Of a DNA stretch of 64,000 bases, positions 1-10,936 are shown piece after piece. Source of the stretch: an uncultured Acidobacteriota bacterium. GTDB lineage: Bacteria; Acidobacteriota; Terriglobia; UBA7540. Location: the NCBI GenBank assembly GCA_963804995.1, contig CAWDSK010000003.1, positions 32,001 through 96,000 on the forward strand, in the 5' to 3' direction. The notes under the pieces are model-generated. The model made no database searches and was not told where the DNA came from. It saw nothing but the letters and a program-made list of their open reading frames with translations. Each line of letters begins with the position of its first letter. Positions within the stretch are counted from its first letter, which is position 1. The position numbers were made by a program, and so were the translations under genes.

Positions 1-1860
1 TGAGGCCTTGGAGTCTTCCTCGACTCGAAAGGAAACTTCCTGGCTCACTCCGACTCGGAAGCCGATGACCGGGGTTTGTCCCTCGCGCGCCACCTGGAGC
101 TCGACTGCTTGCCCAGGTCGCCAGGCCGGCATGCTGACTCCAGTAACCACCGGCAACGGTTCACCATCCGCTTCCAGCACCACATCGCCCGCCTGCAGTC
201 CGGCGCGCTGCGCGTCGCTCCCCGGTTCGACGGATTCGACTTGCAACAATCCGTCTGGCCTTCGCACCACAGCAAAACCCGGCGCGGGCAAGTCTGTGAC
301 TTTGGAAATCAAACGCATTCCTGCATAGCCCAGGAAGTGCGCATAATCAAGCTCTTCAGTCCCTTGAATATAGTCGGCGACAAAGCGATCCATGGCAAAC
401 GAGGGCGCGAGTTCTTGGACGATGGCTTGAAGGTCCGCCAGAGTATAGAAGCGTCCCCTTTGAGCAAAGTCCAGGTTCAGGCGGCGCATTACGTCGTCGA
501 GGCCTGCGCCATTGTGGGTCGAGTTCCGGATTCCCAGGTCCAATAGAAAGCCGAGCAATTCGCCTTTGTTGTAATAAGAGATACTTCTGTCCGGCCGGTT
601 GTAATCCCCGTACTTTTCGAGCCAGGCATCGAGACCTGAAACCTCCACGCTCTGAGCGCTGTGCGCGGGGCGAGTTTGGAGGGTTTCGATGGCTCCGGCC
701 ACGCGGGCGTAAAAAGTATCATGACTAATTAGTTCTGCGCGCAGCAGGACCAACTCCGCGTAGGTGCTCGTGACCCCTTCACAGAACCACAAATCCCGCG
801 TGTCATTCCCGTGGATGTAATCGATCGGTTCCAAGGCTTGGGGGCGAACCCGCTTGACGTTCCAGGCGTGGAAGAATTCGTGGGCGGCCACATCCTCAAG
901 CTGGGTCTGCTGGGGCCGCAGCAGAGAGGCGGGAAGCGTGATCGCCGTCCCATCCCGATGCTCCATGCCGCCGGTCGATTGCGCCTCGCGAGGGAAATGC
1001 AGAATGAAGGTGTAGCGCTCAAACGGAAGATCCTGCATCAGGGCGGTCTCCGTGGCGGTGATCCGCCGGAGGGCGTCAAGCAGGCGATCCTCCGCATAAG
1101 CGCCGGGGTCGGCATGGACGACGACGTGGAAGGTCGCCTGCTTCACCGGTGACCCGGACGCCGCGTCAGACGTGCGTAATTCCTGCGTGTAGGTGTACTC
1201 AGTAAAATGGCCTGCCTCCAGGGGACTGTCGACCAGGGCGTCGTAATTGGGCGCCTGGAACTCATCTCCGTGAGCCTCCAGCAGCGTGGCCACCTTCCAT
1301 CCCTGGGGATGAAGAACCTTGACCTGCACCGAGCGGCTGCGTTCCGCGGGCAGATAGAAGAGCACCATGGCGAAGTTCAGGAAGGCATGCTTGGGACTGA
1401 GCACGCTTGAGAAGGGACCCTCCTCCCTCGCATACACGGCGTAGTGAATCTCCAGATCGCCACAGGAACGGTTCGGCCCGCGCCAGGTGTTCACATCCAC
1501 CCGGCTTAATGCGGCGCGCTGACCGTCGCAAGCGGCTTCGACGCCTTGGACGTTGCGCACGAAGTCACGAATCTGGTAAAGGCAGTTCCAGGTGGGAAAC
1601 TGAATTTCGGTGGCGGGAGGCGCGGCGGGAACGCTCAGGGTGACGCGTACCAGGTGCGTATCAGGCTCCTGCAAATCCACCAGATAATGAATGGGCGGAG
1701 CGCCTTCGGCTGCGCAACGCAGCACGGCCAGCAAAACAAACAGGACCAGTCTCCCACCCGCGCAAGAAAAGTGGTGGAGCGGCTGGATTTGAAGGTAGCG
1801 GCCCTGCTCCGGCGGCTTCAAGAGACGGGCCAAAACGGTGATCGGCAAGTTACGATTCAA
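1..1860 (-). CDS. M61 family (glycyl aminopeptidase-like) metallopeptidase with C-terminal PDZ domain; runs off the left edge
   Basis: Own translation of the minus frame (absent from the ORF track because no stop falls in the window): ...GGMEH...AAHEFFHAWNVKRVRP...LWFCEGVTSTY...ISYYNKG...VEPGSDAQRAGLQAGD. Probable TTG start at 1860. Confidence 0.9.
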   Translation of the reverse strand, partial: MNRNLPITVLARLLKPPEQGRYLQIQPLHHFSCAGGRLVLFVLLAVLRCAAEGAPPIHYLVDLQEPDTHLVRVTLSVPAAPPATEIQFPTWNCLYQIRDFVRNVQGVEAACDGQRAALSRVDVNTWRGPNRSCGDLEIHYAVYAREEGPFSSVLSPKHAFLNFAMVLFYLPAERSRSVQVKVLHPQGWKVATLLEAHGDEFQAPNYDALVDSPLEAGHFTEYTYTQELRTSDAASGSPVKQATFHVVVHADPGAYAEDRLLDALRRITATETALMQDLPFERYTFILHFPREAQSTGGMEHRDGTAITLPASLLRPQQTQLEDVAAHEFFHAWNVKRVRPQALEPIDYIHGNDTRDLWFCEGVTSTYAELVLLRAELISHDTFYARVAGAIETLQTRPAHSAQSVEVSGLDAWLEKYGDYNRPDRSISYYNKGELLGFLLDLGIRNSTHNGAGLDDVMRRLNLDFAQRGRFYTLADLQAIVQELAPSFAMDRFVADYIQGTEELDYAHFLGYAGMRLISKVTDLPAPGFAVVRRPDGLLQVESVEPGSDAQRAGLQAGDVVLEADGEPLPVVTGVSMPAWRPGQAVELQVAREGQTPVIGFRVGVSQEVSFRVEEDSKAS

Positions 1861-1960
1861 GGTCAGGTATCGGCAATATCCGCAAAAAGCTTAAGTCGAA
1901 AACTGCGGTGATCTATGACTTCCTTTACGCCGGATGCCTCCCTACTATAGCACCTTTTCT

Positions 1961-3388
1961 TTATGCCTCAGCGCGGGAGCCTGACCGGAACTTCCAGAAA
2001 TACAGCCCAGCGCCCAACAGAATGGTCAGCAGCCCGAGACCCGATTCTTTGGGCCGTAGGGCCGCGGTATAGCAGAGCATCCAGGCGCTTGTGGATATAA
2101 AGACGAAAGGAATCAGCGGATAGCCCCAACTGGTGACGGCGAGTTTTTTCCATCCGGGGCGGCGGCGCAGCCGGATCATACCTACCACGGCCATCGCTGC
2201 AAAGAAAATCAGCGCGAACCCGATATAGTAGATCAGGCTCTCAAACGTTCCGGTCAGAATCATGACCCCGGCAGCCAGTGACTGATAGAGGATGGCGTGC
2301 ACTGGTGTCCCGTACCGCGGGTGGATGATCGCTGCGCTGCGGAAGAAGCAGCCATCCACCGCCATGGCAAAATAAACGCGCGGCCCGATGATCACCATCG
2401 CGCTCACGCAGGAAAGCAGTCCCACCGACATGACGGCGCTGAAGATGTTTCCGCCCAGCGTCCCGAAGAGCGCCCCGGCGGAGGCATCACCAATGGCGAC
2501 CACGCCCTTCATCGCTTCCAGGGGCAGGGCGAAAATGAACGCCGCATTCAACGCCACATAAAATGCCGCGACCACCAGGGTGCCCGTCACCAGCGTGGCC
2601 GGCAGGGTGCGCTCCGGCGTTTTCATTTCCGCCGCCACGTAGGTAGCGGCGTTCCATCCGCTATACGCGAACATCACAAAGATCAACGACACCGCAAACT
2701 GCGCCGGCAGGCTGTGCGTTGAGGTTCGAATCGCGGCCTGCGAAAAATGGGCGGCGCTGCCGTGGCCAATCGTGAAGGCCAGGCACAGGAAAAGCAGCAG
2801 GACGCTGAGCTTGAGCCCCGTGAGAACGTTTTGGACCTTGGCCGCGAGCCGCAACCCGAACACATTAATCACGCCGAAGGCTGCGACAATGCCCACCGCG
2901 AGCCATTGCCCGGGACCAGCATGCAGCCACGGGAGCGCCGCGCCAAAAGTTCCTGGAGCCCCGCTGACCCGAAAAACGGGAAAGAAGTGGGCGAAATACT
3001 CAGAGAAGGCCAGAGCCCCGGCGGCGATGGGCGCGGAGAAGCCGGCGAAGAAGGAAATCCATCCGCTCAAAAAGCCCCACGCCGGCCCCCAGGCCTCGCG
3101 CAGAAAAACATAATCGCCGCCGGACTCAGGAAGATTGACCCCCAACTCCGAATAGCAGAGGCAGCCCGCCGTCGCAATGATGGCCCCCACCACCCACACG
3201 GCCAACACCAGCGAGGGCCGGCCCAAATCCCCGGCCAAAAACCCCGTGGTGGTGAAGATTCCGGTGCCGATCATGTTCGCAATCACGATGGCAGTCGTGT
3301 GCGTGAATTCCAGTTCCCGCTTCAATAAGGGTTGGATCAAGGGATGGGTTCTCCGACCTTCCCGGTGGAGACGGCTCCTCCACCGCAT
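1961..3388 (-). CDS. APC-family amino acid permease
   Basis: IGTGIF and FAYSGWN motifs, about 12 hydrophobic segments. Start uncertain (3325-3430). Confidence 0.9.
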   Translation of the reverse strand: MRWRSRLHREGRRTHPLIQPLLKRELEFTHTTAIVIANMIGTGIFTTTGFLAGDLGRPSLVLAVWVVGAIIATAGCLCYSELGVNLPESGGDYVFLREAWGPAWGFLSGWISFFAGFSAPIAAGALAFSEYFAHFFPVFRVSGAPGTFGAALPWLHAGPGQWLAVGIVAAFGVINVFGLRLAAKVQNVLTGLKLSVLLLFLCLAFTIGHGSAAHFSQAAIRTSTHSLPAQFAVSLIFVMFAYSGWNAATYVAAEMKTPERTLPATLVTGTLVVAAFYVALNAAFIFALPLEAMKGVVAIGDASAGALFGTLGGNIFSAVMSVGLLSCVSAMVIIGPRVYFAMAVDGCFFRSAAIIHPRYGTPVHAILYQSLAAGVMILTGTFESLIYYIGFALIFFAAMAVVGMIRLRRRPGWKKLAVTSWGYPLIPFVFISTSAWMLCYTAALRPKESGLGLLTILLGAGLYFWKFRSGSRAEA

Positions 3389-3510
3389 GCTGTATTCACG
3401 CCGAAATCCGTGTGACAAGGCGAATGTCACAGCCTAGGGTGGAAACGCCCAGAACGCAAGAGGCTTTAGTCCGCTCGACAGCAATCGTGCGGGCCAGTAT
3501 AATTCTTTAC

Positions 3511-4128
3511 ATGAATAAGATGCCTTTTGTAGCCCTTGTTAACCGCTGCTCCGGGGGACTTTTCATACTGACAGCAGCTTTTCTCCTGATGTTGTCGAGT
3601 TCGGTTAGTCTTGCCAAAGGGCCCTCGCCCCTTCCCCAAAAACCTCTCGCAAGTTCGCTCGAGCACAGTGCTCCGTATGTGGCGACCCCGCAGGACATAG
3701 TCGATAAGATGCTCGAGTTAGCTAAAGTCGGTCCCGACGATGTGGTTTACGATATGGGATCGGGGGACGGCCGTATTGTAATTACCGCGGCTCAAAAATT
3801 CGGAGCGCACGCTGTGGGCATAGAATTGCGCCCCGACCTCTACGAACAATCGCGCGACCGCATTAAACAACTGGGATTGGAAGACCGCGCGCAGATTATT
3901 CACGAAGATATGTTCAGTGTGAGTATTCGCAAGGCGACGGTGGTGACGCTTTACCTCTTGACCTCCGTCAATGCGATGATGCGCCCCATGCTCGAGAAGC
4001 AACTGCGCTCGGGAGCGCGAATCGTTTCCCACGACTTCCAGGTGCCCGGCTGGGACCCGGATAAAGTTATCGAGGTGATGTCAAAGAACGGGGTCGCTTC
4101 GAAGCTTTACCTGTATGTACGACCCTAG
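3511..4128 (+). CDS. Class I SAM-dependent methyltransferase with N-terminal hydrophobic segment
   Basis: APYVATP, VYDMGSGDGR, VVTLYL, GARIVSHDF motifs. Confidence 0.9.
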   Translation: MNKMPFVALVNRCSGGLFILTAAFLLMLSSSVSLAKGPSPLPQKPLASSLEHSAPYVATPQDIVDKMLELAKVGPDDVVYDMGSGDGRIVITAAQKFGAHAVGIELRPDLYEQSRDRIKQLGLEDRAQIIHEDMFSVSIRKATVVTLYLLTSVNAMMRPMLEKQLRSGARIVSHDFQVPGWDPDKVIEVMSKNGVASKLYLYVRP

Positions 4129-4162
4129 CTGCAGTGGCGTGCCTGCGAGCACGCGCCCGGGC

Positions 4163-5029
4163 TCATCGCGGTTTGCGGTAGCAATACCTCCCTTCCATCA
4201 CTTTTTCGACAGGCCCCGTCAGCCAGACCTCTCCACCCTCTGGCCAAGCCACTTCCAGGTAGCCCGCCTGCGTGCTGACCTGAACCCGCCGATCCGTGAG
4301 ACCATTGAGAATCGCTGCGACGGTAGCGCCGCACGATCCCGTCCCTGAAGACATCGTGTGTCCAACCCCGCGCTCCCAGAACCGGACCTCGATTTCGTTC
4401 CGTGAAACGAGGCGTACAAATTCCACATTGGTGCGATTGGGGAAGTGCTCATTGACCTCGATTTCCTCGCCCAGCCGGAGCCAATCAACCTTGTCGAAAT
4501 CCGCCACAAAAATACTGCAATGGGGATTTCCCATAGAGGTTACCGTGACCGGAAGATCACCACGATGCGTTTTGAGGCGGTAGCGGAGCACAGGAGCGGG
4601 AACGTTGCTGGGTGCAAAGGGGATCAGGGCCGGTTCCAGAATCGGGGTCCCCATGCGCACGCGGAAAGCCCACTTCCCTTCCGGTGCCTTCTTCTGTTCC
4701 AGCACTTTCAGTCCTGCCATCGCTTCAATTTGTAGGACCCGCTTCTGGTGCTTGCGCTCCGTCAGGAATGCGCCGGCGCAACGAATGCCGTTGCCCGACA
4801 TTTCCGCCTCGCTTCCGTCCAAATTGAAAAAGCGAACCCGGGCATCATGCGCGCGCACCCGGGGCGGCATGACCACGATAAAGCCATCGGCGCCTACGCC
4901 GGTGCGGCGGTCGAGAATGCTACGCACAAAATCCGGAAGGCCGGCGGGAACGTTGCGCTTGAGAGCGACAAGCCAGTCGTTTCCCTGCCCATGATATTTT
5001 ACCAATGGAATCTCGTAGGTTTTGCTCAT
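4163..5029 (-). CDS. dapF: Diaminopimelate epimerase
   Basis: KYHGQGND, GVGADG, AEMSGNGIRC, SMGNPH, NVEF, ERGVG motifs. Confidence 0.92.
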   Translation of the reverse strand: MSKTYEIPLVKYHGQGNDWLVALKRNVPAGLPDFVRSILDRRTGVGADGFIVVMPPRVRAHDARVRFFNLDGSEAEMSGNGIRCAGAFLTERKHQKRVLQIEAMAGLKVLEQKKAPEGKWAFRVRMGTPILEPALIPFAPSNVPAPVLRYRLKTHRGDLPVTVTSMGNPHCSIFVADFDKVDWLRLGEEIEVNEHFPNRTNVEFVRLVSRNEIEVRFWERGVGHTMSSGTGSCGATVAAILNGLTDRRVQVSTQAGYLEVAWPEGGEVWLTGPVEKVMEGRYCYRKPR

Positions 5030-5088
5030 GATGTTGATGGATTCCTGGATGCCCTGTTTGGATATTACTTGCACACACACCGGCGTCG

Positions 5089-6684
5089 TTACAATCGCCG
5101 GAGTCGATACATTCGCAGGACCCCTTCGCCGAGGAAATCTCCCTGCTCCACAACTTCAAAATCCTTGAACGCCTGGGGGTAGGTCTGCATGAGGTGATCA
5201 ACTGCATCGCCTTCGCCGCGAATAATCCACTCCACCCAGTTCTCCGGTTCGGTGCGCATCCGGATCCAGTATTCGCGATTCATGTCGGTAATCGTCTTCG
5301 CGAAAGGGATTCCCACCGAGGGCATTACGCAGGGCCACTTCCCCGCCGCAATCAGCACCCGTTTCCCGTCATAGCGACCCCGGAGGAATTGGATGATAGC
5401 TTGCTGCCGCGCCGATCGGCAAGGCGTATTCAACATGCCCTCTTGAACTACGGCCAGTTGCTTCGGCCCAGCCGACAGCATAATTGAGAACTGGTGGGCA
5501 AGCAGCGCCAGGAACATCACGAGCAGCCCGGCGCGAAGCCCTCTGCCCAAGCGCCTCGATAAAACGAAGGAGGGAAACAGCGCGGCGGCGGGGAGCATGG
5601 CTATGCCGTAACGTAAATTATAATAGGTATGCGGGAAGAGGGTCGGTACATAGAGTGGGACCGCCGAATAGGCCATGGCCTGGATGTAGAACGGCAAAGG
5701 AACGAGAAACATCAGCGCCACGGCGGTCCGCCGAAATTCGCTATAGGCCACGCACCATGCCACCAAGCCCAGCACGGCCATCTCCAGCGGCCATGCGCCG
5801 ATCACGAGCTTAAGGTCTTCAAGGTAATAATGTGCCGACAAGAATAAACTACCGTCGGTTGGATATGCGAAGGCCGTCGTCGCTAGTTGGTGGGCATAGA
5901 TCGCTTTCGCCGAAAAGGGACCGTTATAAAACTCCAAAGGGTTCTTGAAGCGATAGGCATTATGTATTGCCCACAACAAAGGGCCTGCGCCCGCCACGGT
6001 AACGAATAGCGCGGTGCGCTGAACGCGTGCTTTCCACGGCTCCCGGCAAATGAACAATACGAAAAGGGTGGCAAAGGGAAGAACGTACCACATTTCGTAG
6101 CGCGTGATCGTTCCAAGAAAAGCCGCGATAGCAGCTCCCCAGAGAGACCTCCAGGAACCTGACTGAGAAAAACGAAACAGCGCGTACACAGCTAGCACTG
6201 TCCATAAAAGCGCCAGAGGCTCGGTGAGTGGCGTCGTTGCGAGGTACAAGAAGCTCGGGCACAGCAAGGCGCCGGCCAGAGCCACCAACCCCGCCGCCAC
6301 GTTGCGATTGATTTCTGCCCCTAGTCGGAACAGGAAATAGCAAGTCCCCGCAAACGCTGCGGAAGAAACCAAGCTGCCGGCCAAGCCAGTGCGCCAAAGG
6401 AAGTCATTGACGGCGAGAGGCGCGCAAAGCAGATGGTAGAGGGGCAACCAGACGCTACCGATTTCCTCATAGCCGGGAGTCAGGGAATCAAAGATGCGGC
6501 GCGCGCCCTCCATGTGCGCAAGCCCGTCGCCGTAAAGATTGGTCAGGCCATGGGAGTAGAAGAAAGCAAGGCTGGCGCAGGTCATCCCAAGAATCAGGCT
6601 GGCAACTGCACCTTCAACTCCAGCGGGGATTCGCCAGAGCTCCAGGCGGGATTCTCTTTGCTCAGGTGCAGCATCAGGCATCAA
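5089..6684 (-). CDS. GT-C fold (ArnT/PMT-like) membrane glycosyltransferase
   Basis: YGD..H..RR, WLPL, TE.L and TRYE motifs in a multi-TM protein. Confidence 0.7.
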   Translation of the reverse strand: MMPDAAPEQRESRLELWRIPAGVEGAVASLILGMTCASLAFFYSHGLTNLYGDGLAHMEGARRIFDSLTPGYEEIGSVWLPLYHLLCAPLAVNDFLWRTGLAGSLVSSAAFAGTCYFLFRLGAEINRNVAAGLVALAGALLCPSFLYLATTPLTEPLALLWTVLAVYALFRFSQSGSWRSLWGAAIAAFLGTITRYEMWYVLPFATLFVLFICREPWKARVQRTALFVTVAGAGPLLWAIHNAYRFKNPLEFYNGPFSAKAIYAHQLATTAFAYPTDGSLFLSAHYYLEDLKLVIGAWPLEMAVLGLVAWCVAYSEFRRTAVALMFLVPLPFYIQAMAYSAVPLYVPTLFPHTYYNLRYGIAMLPAAALFPSFVLSRRLGRGLRAGLLVMFLALLAHQFSIMLSAGPKQLAVVQEGMLNTPCRSARQQAIIQFLRGRYDGKRVLIAAGKWPCVMPSVGIPFAKTITDMNREYWIRMRTEPENWVEWIIRGEGDAVDHLMQTYPQAFKDFEVVEQGDFLGEGVLRMYRLRRL

Positions 6685-7579
6685 AATGTGTCAGGTTCTT
6701 GATTTCGCGATAGCGTACTTCGATTTCAGCGGGCGTCAAGCGTAGAAGACGGTCCACACCGAATTCTTCCACTGCGAAACTCCCCATCACTGATCCATAC
6801 ACTACAGCGCGGCGCAGGTTAGCATCCGACAGGTCACCGGTGCGCGCCAGGTGGCCCATGAAGCCCCCCGCAAATGTGTCGCCGGCGCCGGTCGGGTCAT
6901 GCACCTGGTCGAGCGGATAAGCCGGCGCGGTGAAAACGGAGCCCGGGCTGAAAAGCGTCGCGCCGTGCTCTCCGCGTTTGATCACCAAAAATCGCGGGCC
7001 CATCTTCTGAATGTGCGCGGCTGCTTTCTTCAAGTTGTTTAGCCCGGAAAGCATCCGGGCTTCGCCTTCGTTGATGAGCAAAATGTCGACGGTAGCCAGC
7101 GCCTTTGCCAAATCTTCAGGCATGCCGGTGATCCAGTAATTCATGGTGTCGAGCGCGCTCGCGCGCAGTTTGGAAAAGGCACGGCGAACATTGAGCTGCA
7201 ACACCGGAACAATGTTGCCAAGAAAAAGGTATTCCGTATCGAGATACGACGCGGGAATCTTGGGGACGAAACTTTCAAAGACGTTGAGCTGGGTATCAAG
7301 AGTGTGCGCCTGGTTCATGTCACCCAGGTATTCGCCCTTCCAGCGAAACGTCCGTCCCGGAACCTGCTCTACTCCCAGCGTATCAATGGAACGCTCACGA
7401 AATACACGGAAGTGTTCTGCGTGGAAGTCTTCACCCACCACCGCCACCACGCGCACCGGCGTGAACCAGCTTGCCGTGACGGAGAAGAACGTTGCCGAGC
7501 CCCCCAGAATTTCTTCCACCTCGCCGTGGGGAGTTCGAATCGAATCGAAGGCTATGGAACCTACCGCCAAAAGAGACAT
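6674..7579 (-). CDS. PfkB-family carbohydrate/nucleoside kinase
   Basis: GSIAFD, LGGSA, DPTGAGDTFAGG motifs. Confidence 0.92.
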   Translation of the reverse strand: MSLLAVGSIAFDSIRTPHGEVEEILGGSATFFSVTASWFTPVRVVAVVGEDFHAEHFRVFRERSIDTLGVEQVPGRTFRWKGEYLGDMNQAHTLDTQLNVFESFVPKIPASYLDTEYLFLGNIVPVLQLNVRRAFSKLRASALDTMNYWITGMPEDLAKALATVDILLINEGEARMLSGLNNLKKAAAHIQKMGPRFLVIKRGEHGATLFSPGSVFTAPAYPLDQVHDPTGAGDTFAGGFMGHLARTGDLSDANLRRAVVYGSVMGSFAVEEFGVDRLLRLTPAEIEVRYREIKNLTHFDA

Positions 7580-7619
7580 AGGATAAAGTCAACCTCGAGA
7601 GGTAAAGAGTAGTAGGCGC

Positions 7620-8483
7620 CTATTTCAGGTACTTCCCTACCAAGAGCGCCAGTTTCTTCTTACTCGCCGCGGAAATCTTTTTGCGATCAGTAATGATCGC
7701 GTGGGCCAAGGCGGATGCGCACTTGCAATTTCGCTCGGCAGGGAGAGCACGGAGAGCCTGACATAAAATCTTCTGTGAGTTCTCCACGTTCCGCGAAAGG
7801 TAATCGAGAATCTGCTTGACGGTAACGGCAGCGTGGTCGGGGTGCCAGCAGTCGTAGTCGGTCACCATCGCCAGTACGCCGTAACAAATTTCCGCTTCGC
7901 GTGCCAGCTTGGCTTCCTGCAGGCTGGTCATTCCGATGATGTCCATCCCCCACGCGCGGTACAGGTTCGATTCCGCTACGGTGGAAAACGCTGGACCCTC
8001 CATGCAAACATACGTGCCGCCCTTGTGACAGGTAAGGGCGAGGTCGGCACACGCCTGATCCAAGGCTTCCACAACCGTCGGGCACACCGGCGTGTCAAAC
8101 CCGATATGCGCCACCAGGCCGCCTCCGAAAAACGTGGAGATCCGCTGCCGCGTGCGGTCAAAGAACTGAGTGGGCAGGACCATGTCCATGGGGTGACGGT
8201 CCTCGCGCAGTGAGCCTACGGCGCTAACCGAGATAATGCGCTCTACACCCAGCGCTTTGAACCCATAAATGTTGGCGCGGAAATTGATTTCCGAGGGACT
8301 GATGACGTGACCCCTCCCATGGCGGGAGAGAAACGCCACCTTCCGCCCCTCCAGCGTGCCGAGGATATAAGCATCCGAAGGCTTACCGAAGGGCGTGGAT
8401 AGACGCACCTCACGAACCCGTTCAATGCCCGGCATGTTGTAGAGTCCACTTCCACCGATGACCCCGATATCAGCTTTGGCCAA
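7620..8483 (-). CDS. mtnP: S-methyl-5'-thioadenosine phosphorylase
   Basis: IGVIGGSG, RHGRGH, MEGPAFST, IGMT, VTDYDCWH. TTG start with GGAGG RBS. Confidence 0.93.
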   Translation of the reverse strand: MAKADIGVIGGSGLYNMPGIERVREVRLSTPFGKPSDAYILGTLEGRKVAFLSRHGRGHVISPSEINFRANIYGFKALGVERIISVSAVGSLREDRHPMDMVLPTQFFDRTRQRISTFFGGGLVAHIGFDTPVCPTVVEALDQACADLALTCHKGGTYVCMEGPAFSTVAESNLYRAWGMDIIGMTSLQEAKLAREAEICYGVLAMVTDYDCWHPDHAAVTVKQILDYLSRNVENSQKILCQALRALPAERNCKCASALAHAIITDRKKISAASKKKLALLVGKYLK

Positions 8484-8521
8484 ACTTCCTCCTCTCCATT
8501 CGCGCGTCGAGTTCACCGCGA

Positions 8522-9350
8522 CTACTCGACAGGTTGTGCCACGATCTTGCCGTCAACTTCTATCAAGCGAACCCACGGAACGCAAGGGTCATGGGGAAAG
8601 ATCAGTAACCCCTTTGCCGCCGCCAATTCCGGCAGCAGGCGTTTTTTGTTTTCGAGTGTCTCCATGGGATAAAGGTCGAAGCTGGTCATCCACGGGTAGG
8701 CAATGTGGGCCGTGGTGGGAACCAAGTCCGACGGGAAGAGAGCCATGCTCCCTTCTGATTCCACGCGCACGCACTGCATGTTCTTGGTGTGGCCGGAGGC
8801 AACCTCCACACGGACTCCGGGAACAATCTCCGCATCTCCGTTCGAGGAATTCGGTCTGTCCCTCCGCTGCCGCAAAACATTCCCGCACGTAGCTGGCGCG
8901 GTCGCGCTCCGTGGGGCACTGCGCATGTTCCCATTCACGACGCTGCACGAAATAACGCGCCCGCGGAAACGTGGGCGCCAGCTTTCCGTCTTGCTGGCGA
9001 ACGTTCCACCCGGTGTGGTCAAAGTGCAGGTGCGTATTAATGATAATATCAATATCCTCGAATCCCAGATGGAGCTTTGCGAGTTCCCCGGGTAGGGTCG
9101 AGGAATGATTCACCCCGTATATCTCTTTGAATTTCGCGTCGAATTTATCTCCGATGCCGGTTTCAACCAGGATGTTCTTCTGCCCCGTTTTAATGACCAG
9201 ACAAGTCAGGCTCAAGCGTACCCGGTTGCGCGCGTCTGCGGAGACCCGCTTCTCCCACAAAGGCTTGGGAACGACGCTGAACATCTGCCCACCGTTGAGC
9301 ATGAAGCTCCCATCGGTGATAGCGTGGACTTCAAATTTGCCCAGTTTCAT
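8522..9350 (-). CDS. MBL-fold metallo-hydrolase (YtnP-like); single-base frameshift near 8841, probably a sequencing error
   Basis: THLHFDHTG in the upstream frame; GHT, SDLVP, FDLYP, HDP in the downstream frame. Removing one base restores FLDGDAEIVPG. Confidence 0.85.
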
Positions 9351-9742
9351 GATTCCTCAATCAACTCGATGAGTACCCCTGCGGTGCCCGAGGGGTGCAG
9401 GAATGCGATCCGTTCGTTGCCGGCGCCAACGCGGGGTTCACGGTCGATCAGCTTCAGCCCATCACTCTCCAGCTTCTGCAAAGCTTCAGGCAAATTGGGA
9501 ACCGTAAGCGTAAGGTGGTGGATTCCCTGGCCGCACTTGGAAATAAAGCGCGTAATCGGGGAATCGGCCGAAGTGCCCTCGAGCAATTCCAGGCTGCTTT
9601 CGCCCAAACGAAAAATCGCTACTCGCACCTTCTGCTCAGCCACGTTCTCTTCCGATTGCGGAGCCTTCCCGAGCAACTTTTGGAAGACTGGCACAGTGCT
9701 GGCGAGCGATTCCACCGCGATGCCCACATGATGAATCTTCAT
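9347..9742 (-). CDS. mce: Methylmalonyl-CoA epimerase
   Basis: HHVGIAV, QKVRVA, LELLE, GIHHL, FLHP..T.GVLIEL; adjacent to meaB. Confidence 0.92.
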   Translation of the reverse strand: MKIHHVGIAVESLASTVPVFQKLLGKAPQSEENVAEQKVRVAIFRLGESSLELLEGTSADSPITRFISKCGQGIHHLTLTVPNLPEALQKLESDGLKLIDREPRVGAGNERIAFLHPSGTAGVLIELIEES

Positions 9743-9763
9743 GGCACCTCTCATCAAAACATT

Positions 9764-10768
9764 TCAGGATCGCCCGCCGCCACCTCGGGCCATGAACCCC
9801 GCGATGATCTCTTCGACCACGGAATACGGATCCCGTTGGTGTGAAAGCACAGCATCAAGCTGGCGGTCGAGTGACCCATCCCGAAGTGGTTCCTCTGCCG
9901 CGCGCTCGAATAACCCCTGGCGCAACAGTTCCAGCAGCCGCGCCCGCCAATGCTCCTTGCGCCGCTTGGCTCTGACTTTTGCGCTCTCAGTGAATGCCTG
10001 AAACTGCCCAATAGCACTGTGCAGATCATCAACTCCCTCCCCGGTCGTGGCCACGGTCCTGATGATGGGTGGGCGCCATCCATCCGAGCGCACATTCAGG
10101 TAGAGCATCGCGTTCACTTCCTGCTCAACGGCATCCGCCCCCGCCCGGTCTGCTTTGTTCACAACGTACAGGTCGGCAATCTCCATGACTCCGGCCTTAA
10201 AGGTTTGAATATCATCACCCATACCAGGTACCAACAAGAGAACTGTGATGTCTGCAAGGCGCGCGACTTCCACTTCATCCTGGCCCACGCCGACAGTTTC
10301 AATCAGGACCACCTCGTACCCCGCAGCGTCGAGGATGGTGACAACGTCGTGCGTGGTGGGTGCCAACCCGCCGAGCTGGCCGCGCGTGGCCATGCTGCGG
10401 ATGTAGACGCCCGCGTCACTCGCGTGGCTTTGCATTCGGACGCGGTCACCCAGGATAGCACCGCCGGAGAACGGACTCGTGGGATCCACAGCAATGACGC
10501 CGACACGCAGCCCCCCACGTCGATACTGCACGGTCAGTTTCTCAACGAGGGTACTCTTCCCTGCTCCGGGCGACCCCGTAATGCCTACCACCAGCGCGCG
10601 CCCCTCCCGCGGGAAGATTTCTTTGAGCAGTGGAACAGCCAGCGGGTCGCGGTCTTCAACGCTGGAAATTGCCCGTGCGATGGCGCGCCGGTCTCCCGCC
10701 AGGACTCCATCCACCAAGTCGTGTATTACTTCTGGCATAGTAAGGTCTGACCGTAAAATTCCGCTCAT
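9764..10768 (-). CDS. meaB: Methylmalonyl-CoA mutase-associated GTPase
   Basis: GITGSPGAGKST, VDPTSPFSGGAILGDRVRM, ETVGVGQDE, NKAD. Confidence 0.95.
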   Translation of the reverse strand: MSGILRSDLTMPEVIHDLVDGVLAGDRRAIARAISSVEDRDPLAVPLLKEIFPREGRALVVGITGSPGAGKSTLVEKLTVQYRRGGLRVGVIAVDPTSPFSGGAILGDRVRMQSHASDAGVYIRSMATRGQLGGLAPTTHDVVTILDAAGYEVVLIETVGVGQDEVEVARLADITVLLLVPGMGDDIQTFKAGVMEIADLYVVNKADRAGADAVEQEVNAMLYLNVRSDGWRPPIIRTVATTGEGVDDLHSAIGQFQAFTESAKVRAKRRKEHWRARLLELLRQGLFERAAEEPLRDGSLDRQLDAVLSHQRDPYSVVEEIIAGFMARGGGGRS

Positions 10769-10826
10769 CCGACCGAATTGAAAGGCTATAACACAACCCG
10801 GAGGCCGTCAAGAAAGCGGCGTGTTT

Positions 10827-10936
10827 GGTAGTGTCTCAGTTTGCTTGTTTTGTGGCGGCGGTCTCTGACCACCGGCTTTTGATTCAATGAATTCCGGCGG
10901 TCAGAGACCGCCGCTACAGCAAACTGAGACACCACT
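10827..10936. mobile_element. 110-bp MITE with 19-bp TIRs and 8-bp target duplication, enclosing a GTAG-type REP doublet
   Basis: TIRs GGTAGTGTCTCAGTTTGCT / AGCAAACTGAGACACCACT (2 mismatches). GCGTGTTT duplicated at 10819-26 and 10937-44. Interior TGTGGCGGCGGTCTCTGACC...GGTCAGAGACCGCCGCTACA. Confidence 0.85.
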